Below are positions 24,222 to 35,851 of a stretch of DNA of 39,894 nucleotides, in pieces. Each line of letters begins with the position of its first letter. Position 1 is the first letter of the stretch. The stretch is from Jimgerdemannia flammicorona (taxonomy: Eukaryota). The position numbers and the translations under genes are program-made. The stretch is from positions 1-39,894 of the forward strand of contig RBNJ01000131.1 of NCBI GenBank assembly GCA_003990765.1, in the 5' to 3' direction. The notes below the pieces were generated by a model. It did no database searches and had not been told where the DNA came from. It saw only the letters and a list, made by a program, of their open reading frames with translations.

Positions 24222-25404
24222 GGAGCTCTACTACGGAATTATCACATACCTGGGACAGTGAAAGATGCCCCAACATCTGGAAGAATAGATACAAACGATT
24301 ATCAACAGAACATGGAAACAATTCGAAACTGATGGAGAAACACTGAAGAAAGGAAAACTACTAGTCATACTAGAATACAAGAAGGAGCAAGCGATGAAAT
24401 CAGTATATGAACTTGGCCATCTAGGAGGAACAAATACATATGACAAGACAAGAAGAACAATATGGTAGCCAGGGATAGAGGAAGATATCAGATAATTCAT
24501 CAAGACCTGCAACAAATGCCAGAAACAGAAACAAGACCAACGAAATCAAGCCCCAGGTTCAGCACACATAGAACCAGTACCATTTGCCCACATTGCAATG
24601 GATATAATCGGTCCCCTACCCTTGACCTTGACTGGCAACCGATACATCATCATTATCGTAGACCTCTTTACAAAATGGATAGAAGCGGGACCCCTTATGG
24701 AAGCCAATGCACAGTCAATTGCTGATTTCTTCCACAAGGAAATCATCTGCCAGTTCAAGATCCCAACACAAGTAACTACAGATAGAGGAACTGAATTTGT
24801 GAACCAGTTCTTCGAAGTTCTCTACAAGAAGTACAAGATCCAGCATATTCGGACCACAGCATATCACCCTCAAGGAAATGGATAAGTAGAAAGGACCAAC
24901 AAAACCCTCAAGAATGTTATTGCCAAGATCTGTGATAACTACGAGAACTGGGATCACTATCTACCAATAGCATTATCTGCTCTCCGGGATATCCAATCAC
25001 AAAGCACCCACTTTACCCCTCAAGAAATGCTGTTCGGAGAAGAATGTTCTCAGGGAACCTTGTCATCCAATGGAGATACTGTATAGAAACATGTGGACAT
25101 GGAAATATGGAGACTACACCAAATCAGGAAGAAGGCTGAGAATTACATAACGAAGGCACAGACACTACAATGGAGGAATGCAGAAAAGACCCACAAATCC
25201 TTGGAGATTATCAAGATAGGAGACAAAGTCCTAGTATATCAGAATATGGTTGAAGCTTCATGGTCATGAAAACTGAAGCCCAAGTAGGAAGGACCTTACC
25301 TTGTGCAAAATATAAAAGGAACCACCTTTTGGCTATGAAAACCCTCAGGCACAATAATCCCCACCACCATTTACCGAAACTGACTCAAGAAATATCATGG
25401 CTAG
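24214..25404 (+). pseudogene. Integrase of element A, +1 frame relative to RT-RH
   Basis: GHLG...CNKC zinc domain; MDIIGPLP, TDRGTEF, YHPQGNG*VERTN catalytic core; GPY motif; several C>T/G>A stops. Confidence 0.93.
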
Positions 25405-25858
25405 TAATAAAAGTACTGTGATGGCACTTAAGATCACTAGTACTGCCCAAAGAGCCATTGAGAGACAATAGTGCACCACTGAGCCTCCAACCATAGAAGA
25501 GTCTTATGACAGTATCCAAAGCATCGTACAGACTCATCTCTCTCAGATCTCACACTTCAAGGCCTATCAGCATTGAAACGAATTCCAAGAGTACTTCAAA
25601 CTCGGCCAAGTACTCAACCAAGACCCAGAAATGACCAAAGAAAACTGGATCGCAGAATGTCAGCTCTCCTATTCCCAGATCACCATTGCCAAGAGAATCC
25701 ACAAGCTATTCCGAGAGGATGAATCAGCATTAGCCCACCTGCGAGGAGTGACTCCCTCAGACTTCGACTGAGTCAGGCAACACCATTGGGAAACAGTGAT
25801 ACAACAAATTGCACAATATAAGACCATACAGACCATTGAAGCTTGGGAGTTTGAATAG
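25397..25858 (+). pseudogene. ORF3: 153-codon accessory protein of element A
   Basis: MASNKSTVM...FQEYFKLGQVL...QITIAKRIHKLFREDESALAHLRGVTPSDFD*VRQHHW...EFE*; three internal stops (TAG, TGA, TGA), no frameshift. Confidence 0.8.
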
Positions 25859-25885
25859 ATGCTTTAGGGACGAGATCATCTATTC

Positions 25886-25894
25886 AGGAGGAAG
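25886..25894 (+). promoter_or_regulatory. Polypurine tract of element A
   Basis: AGGAGGAAG just before the 3' LTR. Confidence 0.85.
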
Positions 25895-25895
25895 T

Positions 25896-26362
25896 TGTGA
25901 TGGTATAGCCAGATTTAGAAGAAGGAAATAGGGAATAGACACTTGATTGCACCCAGTCCCAAAGTAGTATAGCCACATAGTTAACAGTCCTCGATTTCGC
26001 AACTTGCTAAATATTCCACAAAGTGCAAGATTGAGCTCCCCGATATAGTATAGCATTTCGCAACTGGCGAAACATTTCGCAAAGTGTTAAATAACTCATA
26101 ACTTAGCCATGTAACCCAGTAACCATCTCATAGCTAGCAAACTTATATAAATAACCCAGTATCTTTGAGTGAATAAACCTTAGATCGAAATAGTTCAAAG
26201 CAAAGAGATAGCAAAGGAACTAGTAAGCCTGCGGGCAGATATACTTTGAGCTCACCCACCCTCCCCTACAACTTCAAGAGACTCTGCGAGAGTCAGAACA
26301 GTCAAGTTTTCAAGATACAGAAATCTGACATACTTTTAAGAGTAAGTGTCTGCTACATTATA
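25896..26362 (+). repeat. 3' LTR of element A
   Basis: Gap-free match to 19660-20126 with about 31 substitutions. Confidence 0.97.
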
Positions 26363-26604
26363 CTATACTCTTAATCAACAAATTAAATATAATTAAATAT
26401 AAATATCTTTGATAATTTAATGACCTATTTAATTATCAAATATGTTGAGTTTTACTAAGTCTTAACATCCAAAATAAGTTTCTTTGAATTATTGATTCTA
26501 TAGACTTTATATTATATAGTAAATCTCTTATAATACTATAGTAATAACTAGATCTTGATAATACTTATTCAGAGACTTAAAATTATTTCTCTATTATCAT
26601 CAGC

Positions 26605-27008
26605 TGTAATGGTTCTAGTTTCTAAATAAGGAAGCAACTGATTCTGGTAGTCCTAAGTAGCTCAGAGAGATACTAAGGATTCAAATATTCTTAAAGGATT
26701 TCTGAGAGAAAATATTCTGAGACTTTATTCATGAAAACAAAGAGGATATTTATACAAGATCTGAAAGAAGGATCCAGAAGGATCTGAGAAATCAAAGGAA
26801 AATACCAAGAGGAAAGTTCTCAGCAAAAATGACAAATGATGACAAATAAAGTTCTATAAGTTTCCAGAACATTTAGTGACTAACTAAATAAGTACTAGTT
26901 AATGCTCGGTGCCAAGAAAGGATTTCTAAGCATTCAGAAAGTACCAGAAGATCATAGAATATTGAAGAAAGATAAAGAAAAAGGAATAAACTATGCTAAA
27001 ATGTTACA
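26605..27008 (-). repeat. 404-bp LTR-like element G
   Basis: TGTAA...TTACA termini; TATAAATA and AATAAA on the minus strand; purine-rich GAAGGCGGA adjacent on the minus strand (PPT-like); flanks TCAGC/TCCGC are an ambiguous TSD. Confidence 0.6.
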
Positions 27009-27054
27009 TCCGCCTTCAGACAGATTAAAAAGACTTAAACAGCTAGATTAATAA

Positions 27055-28558
27055 TGTAAGTGCACAACCTCTAAGCCACCAAAATCATATGGCATTCTTA
27101 GAACTAATTTGGAAACCACATGTGAGACTACAAAACAAGTTACTGAAGAGATTATCTGGTTACATGAAATATACCAGTAAGCACGAGAACTCACCACTAA
27201 GATACAAGAATACTAGAAGAAGTATATACTACAACCATAAGACTGACTCTGAACTGTTATAACTAGTTTGGTGTACTATACTATTACAAAAGAAAACCAA
27301 AAGTACCAAACTCAAATTGAGACAAAAAGAACCCTATCTCATCTATCAAAAGGTTTACAAACTGCACTTATCAACTCAAGACCAAGATACACTATGACTA
27401 TATAAGACCTTATTACTTAGCAGAAGTAAAATACATTTGAACAACTCCATTTGCTCTATCTGTATCACCTCCATTGGAGAGTGATGGATGCTTCATCTGA
27501 ACTCAAGAAAGCCAACATCATCGAAACCAATCTCAAGCCATCTATGTGATAGATATTACTACTAGAAATTGCCTCAGATTATAGAAAATATCATTTCTGA
27601 GAGGTTTGAACCCCCAGCCATGACATTGGGAGCCCTTGCCCTAGACGAGAATGGCCAGTCCTCACAAATGCACCAGCAGACCAAAAAAAAAGAGAACCAA
27701 GATCTGTTATCCTTGTACAACCATTGCCACCAAGGACAGCCTTAATCTTGTAAGAGATAAAAGTGATGATACCTTTGAAACTGATGATGTCAGAAGTCAG
27801 AAAACTGCTCAGACCTTGCCAGCAATGATGTCATCAATAGTGATGTCATCAAAGACTAACCAGATAGTATCTAAACCTATAAATAGCTTAGCAGTCATAG
27901 TATAGTTAGATTAGCCTTGTACGACATGACTGTGAACTAACTCAGCAGTCAGATGATCTCTTGACATACCAGATCACTCTTATACTATATAACTGCATTC
28001 CAACTCAGCAAGGCACTTAGTGCTACATCCATATCTAGCATAGTCCAGATAGCCTCTCACTAGTATAAAAACCCCCTCTTCCAGACCTCAGAATCTCAGA
28101 CTTGAACAGACTTGAATACAAAGAATACTCCTGAATACTTTTCCATAATATCCCTTTATACAACTACTCCTAGTAGAGTAATATCATGAATAGCGAATAA
28201 ACCTATTTAATAACCCACAAACCACTCTTAAGTAAATTTACTCCCATTAGGTCCCACTCCTAACCCCATCACAAAATTTCCTAATTGGGTATTGTCTGTA
28301 GCGATATGCCAATTCAACTAAGCTGGTCTTAGTTTCTTGAACTTTCTGAAATACAGAAAATCCTGAACATCTAGAACTAGTCCAAAAAAGGACTTTGATT
28401 GAGATATCAATCTGATCTTAAAATCAATAAGCATAGAGGATATACTCCATATGAAATTGATCTTGACCTTAAGAAAATGGTCTTCCAGAATATCTAGAAC
28501 TTCCAGAAAACCCTTCCAGAACTACATAATGGTTACCCTAAAAAGCAACCCTCTTATA
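27055..28558 (+). repeat. Solo LTR, family C variant 2 (1504 bp)
   Basis: TGTAAG...CTTATA; 5-bp TSD AATAA (27050-27054, 28559-28563); first ~40 nt and last ~720 nt match 35564-37627. Confidence 0.9.
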
Positions 28559-28724
28559 AATAATATAAGTTATATAGTATATATATTATATTGGCTGATA
28601 GTTGAGGCCATGATCAAACTTCATTCTAATTATTTGAAAAAATGTATTATTATTAGATATATTATCTATTGTTATAGCTAATATCTAGAGTGAAAAATCA
28701 ATAATTTGAAATATAAGATAACTG

Positions 28725-28908
28725 TTTTTTAAAAACCCAACTTTTATCAAAAACCCAACCTTTTTTGAAACCTCAATTTTTCAAAAATCTAATCTTTTTT
28801 GAAAACCTGAATCTTTTTTAAAAACCTGACCTTTTTGAAACCCCAACTTTTTTTAAAAACCTAATCTTTTTCAAAAACTTGATCTTTTCAAAAACTCTTT
28901 TTGAAAGG
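28725..28908. repeat. Imperfect ~18-bp tandem array (AAAACCC/TnAnCTTTTTG), about 10 units
   Basis: Directly visible; alternating A and T runs. Confidence 0.75.
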
Positions 28909-28942
28909 CTTACTTACTCTTTATATATCATTATCTATATAT

Positions 28943-30569
28943 TGTCACATAGTGGTTGCTGAGTCCTTCAAATATACCAGATTCTCTTCAAGGTGTATCT
29001 CTTAGACTAACTCAAGTTTGTTATAAGCAAGTTCTTATTAGAGTGCCTTCTCAAGGTCTTATAGTTCTCAAACTTCTTATCTTTAAACTGTCTTGTTATC
29101 TCTTAGATTGCTTACAAGGAAGTGTATATATTGTACTGAATTAACTGAATTGACTGAATTGACTGAATTGACTGAATTGACTGACTTTATTTCAGAGAAA
29201 ATAAGAGAGATATTTATACAAAATATAATTCAATGGTTGCTAAGATATAAAGCTAAATATAAATTCCAATAACTAAAATAAAATGCCAGGGCAGGAAAAA
29301 CTACTAAGTTCCAGGGTCAGTACTGATAGTTGTACAGGTTCAAGATGCTGGTATAATTCAGTATTATATCAAATACTTACTGGTATTATTCAGTATTATA
29401 TCAAATACTGGTGCTGGCATTATTCAGTATTACATCAAATACCGGTGCTGGCATTATTCAGTATTACATTAAATACCAGTACTGGTATTATTCAGTATAA
29501 CAAAAAACTTAGAGCAGAAAGTTCAGGACTATGGAGGCTTCATCCTCATTGTTACTGAAGAAGATAAGATCCATAAATTCATCATTATTGTATAGGTCAT
29601 ACATTTCACATGTTTCAATGTTGTGTGAGATAACATCATCACTGATGATGTCATCACATTTGGCAGTGGCAGAAACAAAGAGATCTGGAGCTCTCTAGTC
29701 TATAAGGTTCTCTTCCACAAAATAGAGGACAAATGTGGGATCTTGGGGAGGTCTAATCTGGATACTTGGGCCTTAGAATACTGAGATCAACCCTTGCAGG
29801 AATTGGTCTGAGTTGTTCTGGAGAATAGGATGCCAGAAGTCTTCTACTTCATTACTATTGAGGGTGATAGTGGACTGGACTTCTATAGCCACTCTGGCTT
29901 CTAGTATATTGATATGGCAAAATGACAGGTCTCTGAAATCTAAGACTCTAATATACTCCAAGTTGGAGATTGACTATAGTACATGCCTGAAGATCTGATG
30001 GATCTTCTTAGCTGTCCTTACCTCATATATATCCATAGGAGTGGTATCTTGTAGCTCTTGAGAGCTGGCCTGTGGGAACTTCCAGCAGAGAAGGTTTCTT
30101 ATTTTGTACTCCTGTCATATTCGGAGGCATTCAGTAGCAATAGTGATCCTTGTTTCTATTTCATGGTAGTAGAGGATATAATAATAAGGGTCACCAGTAC
30201 CCAGGTTAATACTAGGAGTCTCTCTTGTATATGTCCTCATAGCTCTTCTGATATCTTAGAATATTCTTTCTTCAACTAAGGTATCTTGGTGGTTCCTTGA
30301 CCTTGAGGTTTGGCAGGCAGCAGACATTTTGTTTGTGGTAAGTCTTTGGGCTATTTTGGGATTGGTGGGTCTTATTGGTTACTGCTACTGTGGTTTCTTG
30401 ATCCTTCTTTTATATTCCTCAGAATGCTTGTATTGTGGTCACAATGACTCACAGTTGGTCATTGTTGCTCATCTTGTATGTCATATGATCTTCTTGTGCT
30501 CCAATCTGGTGGCTTGCAAGAAAAGACTATCTCCTGTACTGATGTCATCATTCTGGGGTCACTGTTACA
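28943..30569 (-). repeat. Solo LTR of family B (1627 bp)
   Basis: TGTCACA...TGTTACA; TSD ATAT (28939-28942, 30570-30573); homologous to the B LTRs; private GAATTGACT expansion ~29137-29185 and ~31-bp repeats 29345-29500. Confidence 0.93.
29509..30327 (-). pseudogene. LTR-encoded accessory ORF of family B, copy 3
   Basis: Includes track ORF 29773-29961 (EYIRVLDFRDLSFCHINILEARV). Confidence 0.75.
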
Positions 30570-31297
30570 ATATCAAAATCTCAAACACAGCTCTCAAAGA
30601 CATCAGCAAGATTTTTACCAGAATGAGATTCTGATAGCTTAATAAAATCAATCAATATATAGTTGAGTTACTAATTTTGACAAATTCAATATACATTAAT
30701 TTTAAGAAATATATATTGTGACAGCTGATCCGAATTAGTAACATGAAATAGAGAAATTAGACATTTGATTGCAGTATCTGAATCTGATTCCCAATATAGC
30801 TTAGCCTTATAAAAATAGTAGCCATATTCTGCAAAGTGCAGAAACTTTAATGTTTGCAAAGATTTAAGAGATGTTAGAATCTTCACAATTAGTGAAATCT
30901 TAGCAGATGTTAAAAGATTCAATACTTGCAAAATGAGCTATTACTTAGCAACCTTATAGCTAGCAAAACTTGTATAAATAACCTAGTATCTTAGAGTGAA
31001 TAAACCTCAGATTGAAATAGTTCAAAAGCAAAGAGATAGCAAAGGAACTAGTAAGCCTGTGGGCAGATATACTTCGAACTCACCCACCTCTGTATCCCAA
31101 GGACTCCAAGGAGTCAGAAAGATCAAGTATTCAAGATACAGAAATCTGACATACTTTTAAGACTAAGTGTCTGCCATATTACAACTTGGTGCCCATTGGC
31201 TGGTAATTTAAGATGAATCCCTCACTTTCAAGCTGAACAACAAACAACTATCACTATCCAAGCAACTACACAAACTGAGTCAAGATACCTAGACAAA

Positions 31298-34271
31298 ATG
31301 GATATGAGACCACCAGTATTCCATGGATATATCTCAGATGAATCAATCATCACTTTTATTGATGACTTTGAGCAGTATGCTGCTGTAAGGATACTGACAG
31401 CAGCACAGCAAGTAGCCCTCATGCCCTTCAGTCTATGAGGTCCTGCCAGAGCAGCATTCACAGCTGTAATCCATGCAGGAAATAATACTGATGCTATATT
31501 GACAGCACAGAAGACCTAGCTCTGAAATACATATTACACAGATGAGATCAAGCAAGCCCTGAAGGATCAGCTCAATACAATATGCCAAGGAATGAGTGAG
31601 GACCCAAACACATTCTATACCAGAATCTGATATCAGATAATCCTTACAGATTATGCTGTTGCTATCTGAGATCAAGTAGTCAAAGCAACCTTTATGAAAG
31701 GAGTTCACCCAGAGATAGCTATGGCTGTCCATTTATCACCAGTAGTCTTGGATCTGCCACAGAAGGTCACTTATACTCAGTGATATTGGACAGCCAGACA
31801 CCCACAAGACCATACAATAGAAAGAGTTACAGGAGTCAGAATCGAAATACCCAAAGCAACTAGTGTGATTCCTACTACAATGATCAATCAAAACACACCT
31901 CAGTCAAAAGCTACAGAGTAGCAAAAGAACAGTGACCCTATGGAGGAACTTGCCAAGAGGTTTGCTGAAATGACCACCCACCTGAGAGATGTGGTAAAGA
32001 AAATCCAAGGAAGAAACTGCCACTCAGTCCAGAAGTTTACCACTACCTTGGATAAGAAGAAAGATACCTGCTATATCTGTGGAGAAGAAGGCCACTACTC
32101 CTATGAATATATGAGTGAAACCAAGCACAAGGCTCAACCAAGCAATGCTATATGAAACAAGGAGCAGGCCAATATAATTACCTTCAAAGAAATTGGAGAT
32201 TCTGATGAAGAAGAATAGGAGGCTTATCCTGCTCAGACTACCAAGAAGGATGTTTGCAAGGAACTCTACAAGAGACCACCAGGAAGATCCAAGAAGAATC
32301 CAGTAGAAAAGTAGATAGAAACTGCCACTGAAAGCCAAGTGGAAGAGATGGACCAAGATATAGAGCTGGAGCAAGCAGTTCAAGATATTATCCAAGGAAC
32401 TACTCCAGCCAGCAAAGGAGAAAAAGAAAAGAAATATCACAAGACCAAGACTTTCAAGTATGATATCTTCAAGGACCTTAGCCAACAAAAGGTCAATACA
32501 ACCTTTGGTCAGCTTACAGAAATCTCAACATTCAGACAGCAAATGAGATTTAGACTTGCTGAAACAACCAAGGAGCAAGGATGGAAGATAACTGAGGCCA
32601 ATAATGTTCAAGAGGACTCAGGAGAAGAAAGTGAAGACAATCACAAAACCTCTGCCTATGCAACATATCAAATCGAAGATAGAGTCTTTGAAGCTATTAT
32701 TGATACTGGAGCAGGAGGATGTCTCCTTAGTAAGAAAGCTGCAGACCACCTAGGTTGGGAGGTTAAAGAAGCAATCAAGTTGGTGTTTGTCACAGTAGAC
32801 AGCACAAGAGCCACCCCTCTGAGAAAGATCCAAGATGTCCCCATCAAGATTAGAGGAGCAACCATTCCAGTAGATATAATTGTAACCAATGTCACCAACT
32901 ATGACATTATCATCAGCAATCAATGGCTTCACAAAGCTAGGATAGTAATTGATCTCAATGCTCAGAAGATGCAAATTACCTACTGGGGACAGAAGATATG
33001 AATTCCCATCAATGTCAACAAAAGAGTCTTGCCTGACATGGAGGAAGAAGAGAGCAAGCAAGAGAAAGCTTATATAGTGACTATTCTGAAGAAGAAAGTT
33101 AGATAGATAAGTGAAGAAGAATGGTATAAGAAGATTACAGAAGGCTATACACTATAAGGAGTCTGTCCTCACAGGATCAAAATGTACTGTATGGAGCATG
33201 TCAATGATTGCTACCAGTGCACCATCAGAATCAAGAAGATCCACCAGGAAAGAAGATAGAAAGCTCTTGAAAAACAAATCAGGAAAGAGAAGGAGGAGGA
33301 AGATGATAAACCACCAGCCCTCCTGGAGAATAGTGATGATGAAGAAGAAATCAAGATTAAGATTTGAAGGACACACCCTAATACAGTCTTGCCAGAATAC
33401 AAGTCAGAAAATGCAGCCATAATGGACATTGCCACAGTAGAAGAAGCTATACTGGAACCCCAAACAACCACCCTACTCACAACTGGACTGAAGATAACTA
33501 TCCCAAAGGATCATATCGGGATCCTTAAGACAAGAAGCTATCTGGCCAGAAGCAAAATTACTATTGAAGGAGGAGTCATTGATTCTGACTATATGGGAGA
33601 AATTCTGCTCATTGCTAGGAATCACAACCCTACAATCTCATTCCCAGTCAGGAAGAAGGACTGATTGGCACAGATGTTGATCTTTCCGATCCTACAACCA
33701 AGGATCATAGAAGTCAAGAATTTGGAGGAAACAAAAAGAGAAAAGAAAGGATTCAGATCCACAGGAAGAGGAGTATTTGCCAGTACCAAGATCACTGAAC
33801 TGGAGCATAGGAAGGAGAAAATCACAAACAAGCATAGTTACACTATTGGAAACAAATTCCCACTCAAGGAGGAACTCAAGAAAATACTTCATAAATTTGA
33901 GGATGTCCTTGCTACAGATTTCAAGGATATCAAAGGAAAGACTCCACACTACTATCATGAGGTAGATACTGGAGACACTGAACCAATTTACCAGAAGGGA
34001 AGATCTGTCCCACCAGCCTACCAAGAATGGCTCAGAGAAGAAATCAAGCAAATAGAAGAAGCTGGTATTATCAAAGAAGCCAGCAGCCCCTGGTCTTCAC
34101 CAGTTGTATTAGCCCCAAAAAAAGGAAGCAAACCTGGAGAATTCGCCCCAAGACTCTGTGTTGACTATAGAAAGCTCAATGTAGTTATTAAGAAGGATCA
34201 CCAACCACTGCCCCTCATCAGTGACATCCTTATAATACTGGGAGATGAAGCACAGTACTACAAAAAAAAAG

Positions 34272-34310
<39 letters not shown>

Positions 34311-35336
34311 CACAGTACTACAGCACCTTGGACTTATACTCAGGATTCCACCAAATCAGACTCACAGAGATGGCAAGTGAAAAGTCAGCCTTCATCACCC
34401 CAGATAGAACCTACATCTACCTATGAATGCCATTCAGAATGTGCAATACACCAGCAAGCTTCCAGTGAATGATGAACAAAATCTTCTGCTATAATATAGG
34501 AAGATGGATGATGGTCTATGTTGATGATGTAATCATCTACAGTAAGATACCTGAGGAACATCTGCAGCACATATGGCAGATAATGGAAAGACCGAGAAAG
34601 CATAGCCTGTACATCAAGCCTAAGAAATGCAAATTTGCAGAAATTGAGATCTCCTATCTTGGCCATGTTATCAATCGAGATAGAATACATATGACCCCCT
34701 CAAGATACAAGCAGTAGTAACATACCTAAGGCCCACCACTATTACAGAAGTCCAAGCCTTCATGGGACTTGCCTCTTACTATTATAGATTTATCAGAGAA
34801 TTCTCCAACATTATGGGTCCAAGCTACAAACTCAACAAGAAGGACACTAAGTTCCAGTAGACTGGCAGACAATAAAAAGCATTTGATGAACTCAAGGTCA
34901 GACTGACCCAGGCACTCATCCTCAGATGACCCAATTGGACTCAAGAGTTTATCCTTCAGACAGATGCAAGTGCACAAGGACTAGGAGCAGTCCTAGCTCA
35001 AAAGGAAGACAAAAAAGAGTATATTATTGCATACCTTAGCCATGGAACCCAAGGAGCCAAAAAAGAATACAAATCCTACAAGTTGGAATGCCTCACAGTC
35101 ATCTGGACTGTGGAAAAGTTCTGGCTGGAAGACACTTCAACATTCAGATGGACCACTCAGCTCTCACCTGGCTACTGACAACTGGACAACCCAAAGGAAT
35201 CTATATCAGATGGATAATAAAGTTACAAGCCTATGATGTAACCATTGTACACTGCTCTGGAAGAATAAATTTCAATGCAGATGCTCTCTCATAGACACCT
35301 CTAAACATCTCTAACCAATAAATCAATTACGAATAA
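31298..35336 (+). pseudogene. gag-PR-dUTPase-RT-RNaseH of element D
   Basis: CYICGEEGHY, IIDTGAGG, GGVIDSDYMGEI, LCVDYRKLN, YVDD, NADALS; many stops and frameshifts. Confidence 0.93.
34262..34307 (+). mobile_element. Poly(A)-only insertion with a 14-bp target-site duplication
   Basis: AAGCACAGTACTAC at 34248-34261 and 34308-34321; element A has one copy and no poly(A) at the equivalent site (~23182). Confidence 0.9.
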
Positions 35337-35851
35337 GGAGCTCTACTATAGAATCATTATATATCTGAGATAGCGAAAAATGGGGTCCTGGATGCTGATG
35401 GAGACATGGTTCATAGCACACAACAAATCCTGGGGGTCTTGAAGGAGAGATGGCAGGGTTTGTGGAGTGAGGGAGAAGGGGGTGCAGATGAGGCAGAGAT
35501 TGTGAATTCACTAGATGAGTGAGGGCCACCGCCAGTTGCTAGACTGGGGGATTTGATCTTACCTGTAAGCGCACAACCTCCAAGCCACCGAAATTACACG
35601 TCACCCTCTGAACAAGCCACTGAAATCACATGCGAGCTCTGAACGAATCTGGAAATCACCTGCTTGATCATGAAGCTGAGTCAAACCGAAGTCACAGTGC
35701 ACAAAGCTGAGTCAATACAAAGTCACGGAACACAAGATCTACACAAACAGAACCTTACCAATCAGGACCAAATGCATATATACTGAGCACCGAGATGCGT
35801 CAAATCAGAGAACCAAAACAAACAACAACCACAACTTCCAAACACACAAAC

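Larger units (their letters stand above)
19660..26362 (+). mobile_element. Element A: full-length Ty3/Gypsy LTR retrotransposon (gag-PR-Zn-dUTPase-RT-RH / IN / ORF3)
   Basis: 467-bp LTRs 19660-20126 and 25896-26362; TSD CTAT at 19656-19659 and 26363-26366; PBS; PPT; PR-RT-RH-IN order. Confidence 0.97.
30945..35382 (+). mobile_element. Element D: second family-A Gypsy copy; partial 5' LTR (to 31183), PBS 31187-31195, truncated at the start of IN by the LINE
   Basis: Collinear with A from ~19890 to ~24265; left boundary approximate. Confidence 0.93.

Noticed and set aside
20979-24957. Many hydrophobic minus-strand ORFs (also those antisense to B, D and the LINE, e.g. 38723-39406)
   Set aside because: Antisense shadows of compositionally biased coding strands; no motifs
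25397-25858. ORF3 as env or chromodomain
   Set aside because: No signal peptide, TM segment or furin site, and no chromodomain aromatic motif (Y.VKW.GY)
30686-30931. 81-aa ORF as a host gene
   Set aside because: Short, non-ATG start, no recognisable domain; may be a gene or TE fragment but cannot be supported
33665-34426. Poly-lysine domain in RT
   Set aside because: Translation of the poly(A) insertion; absent from element A
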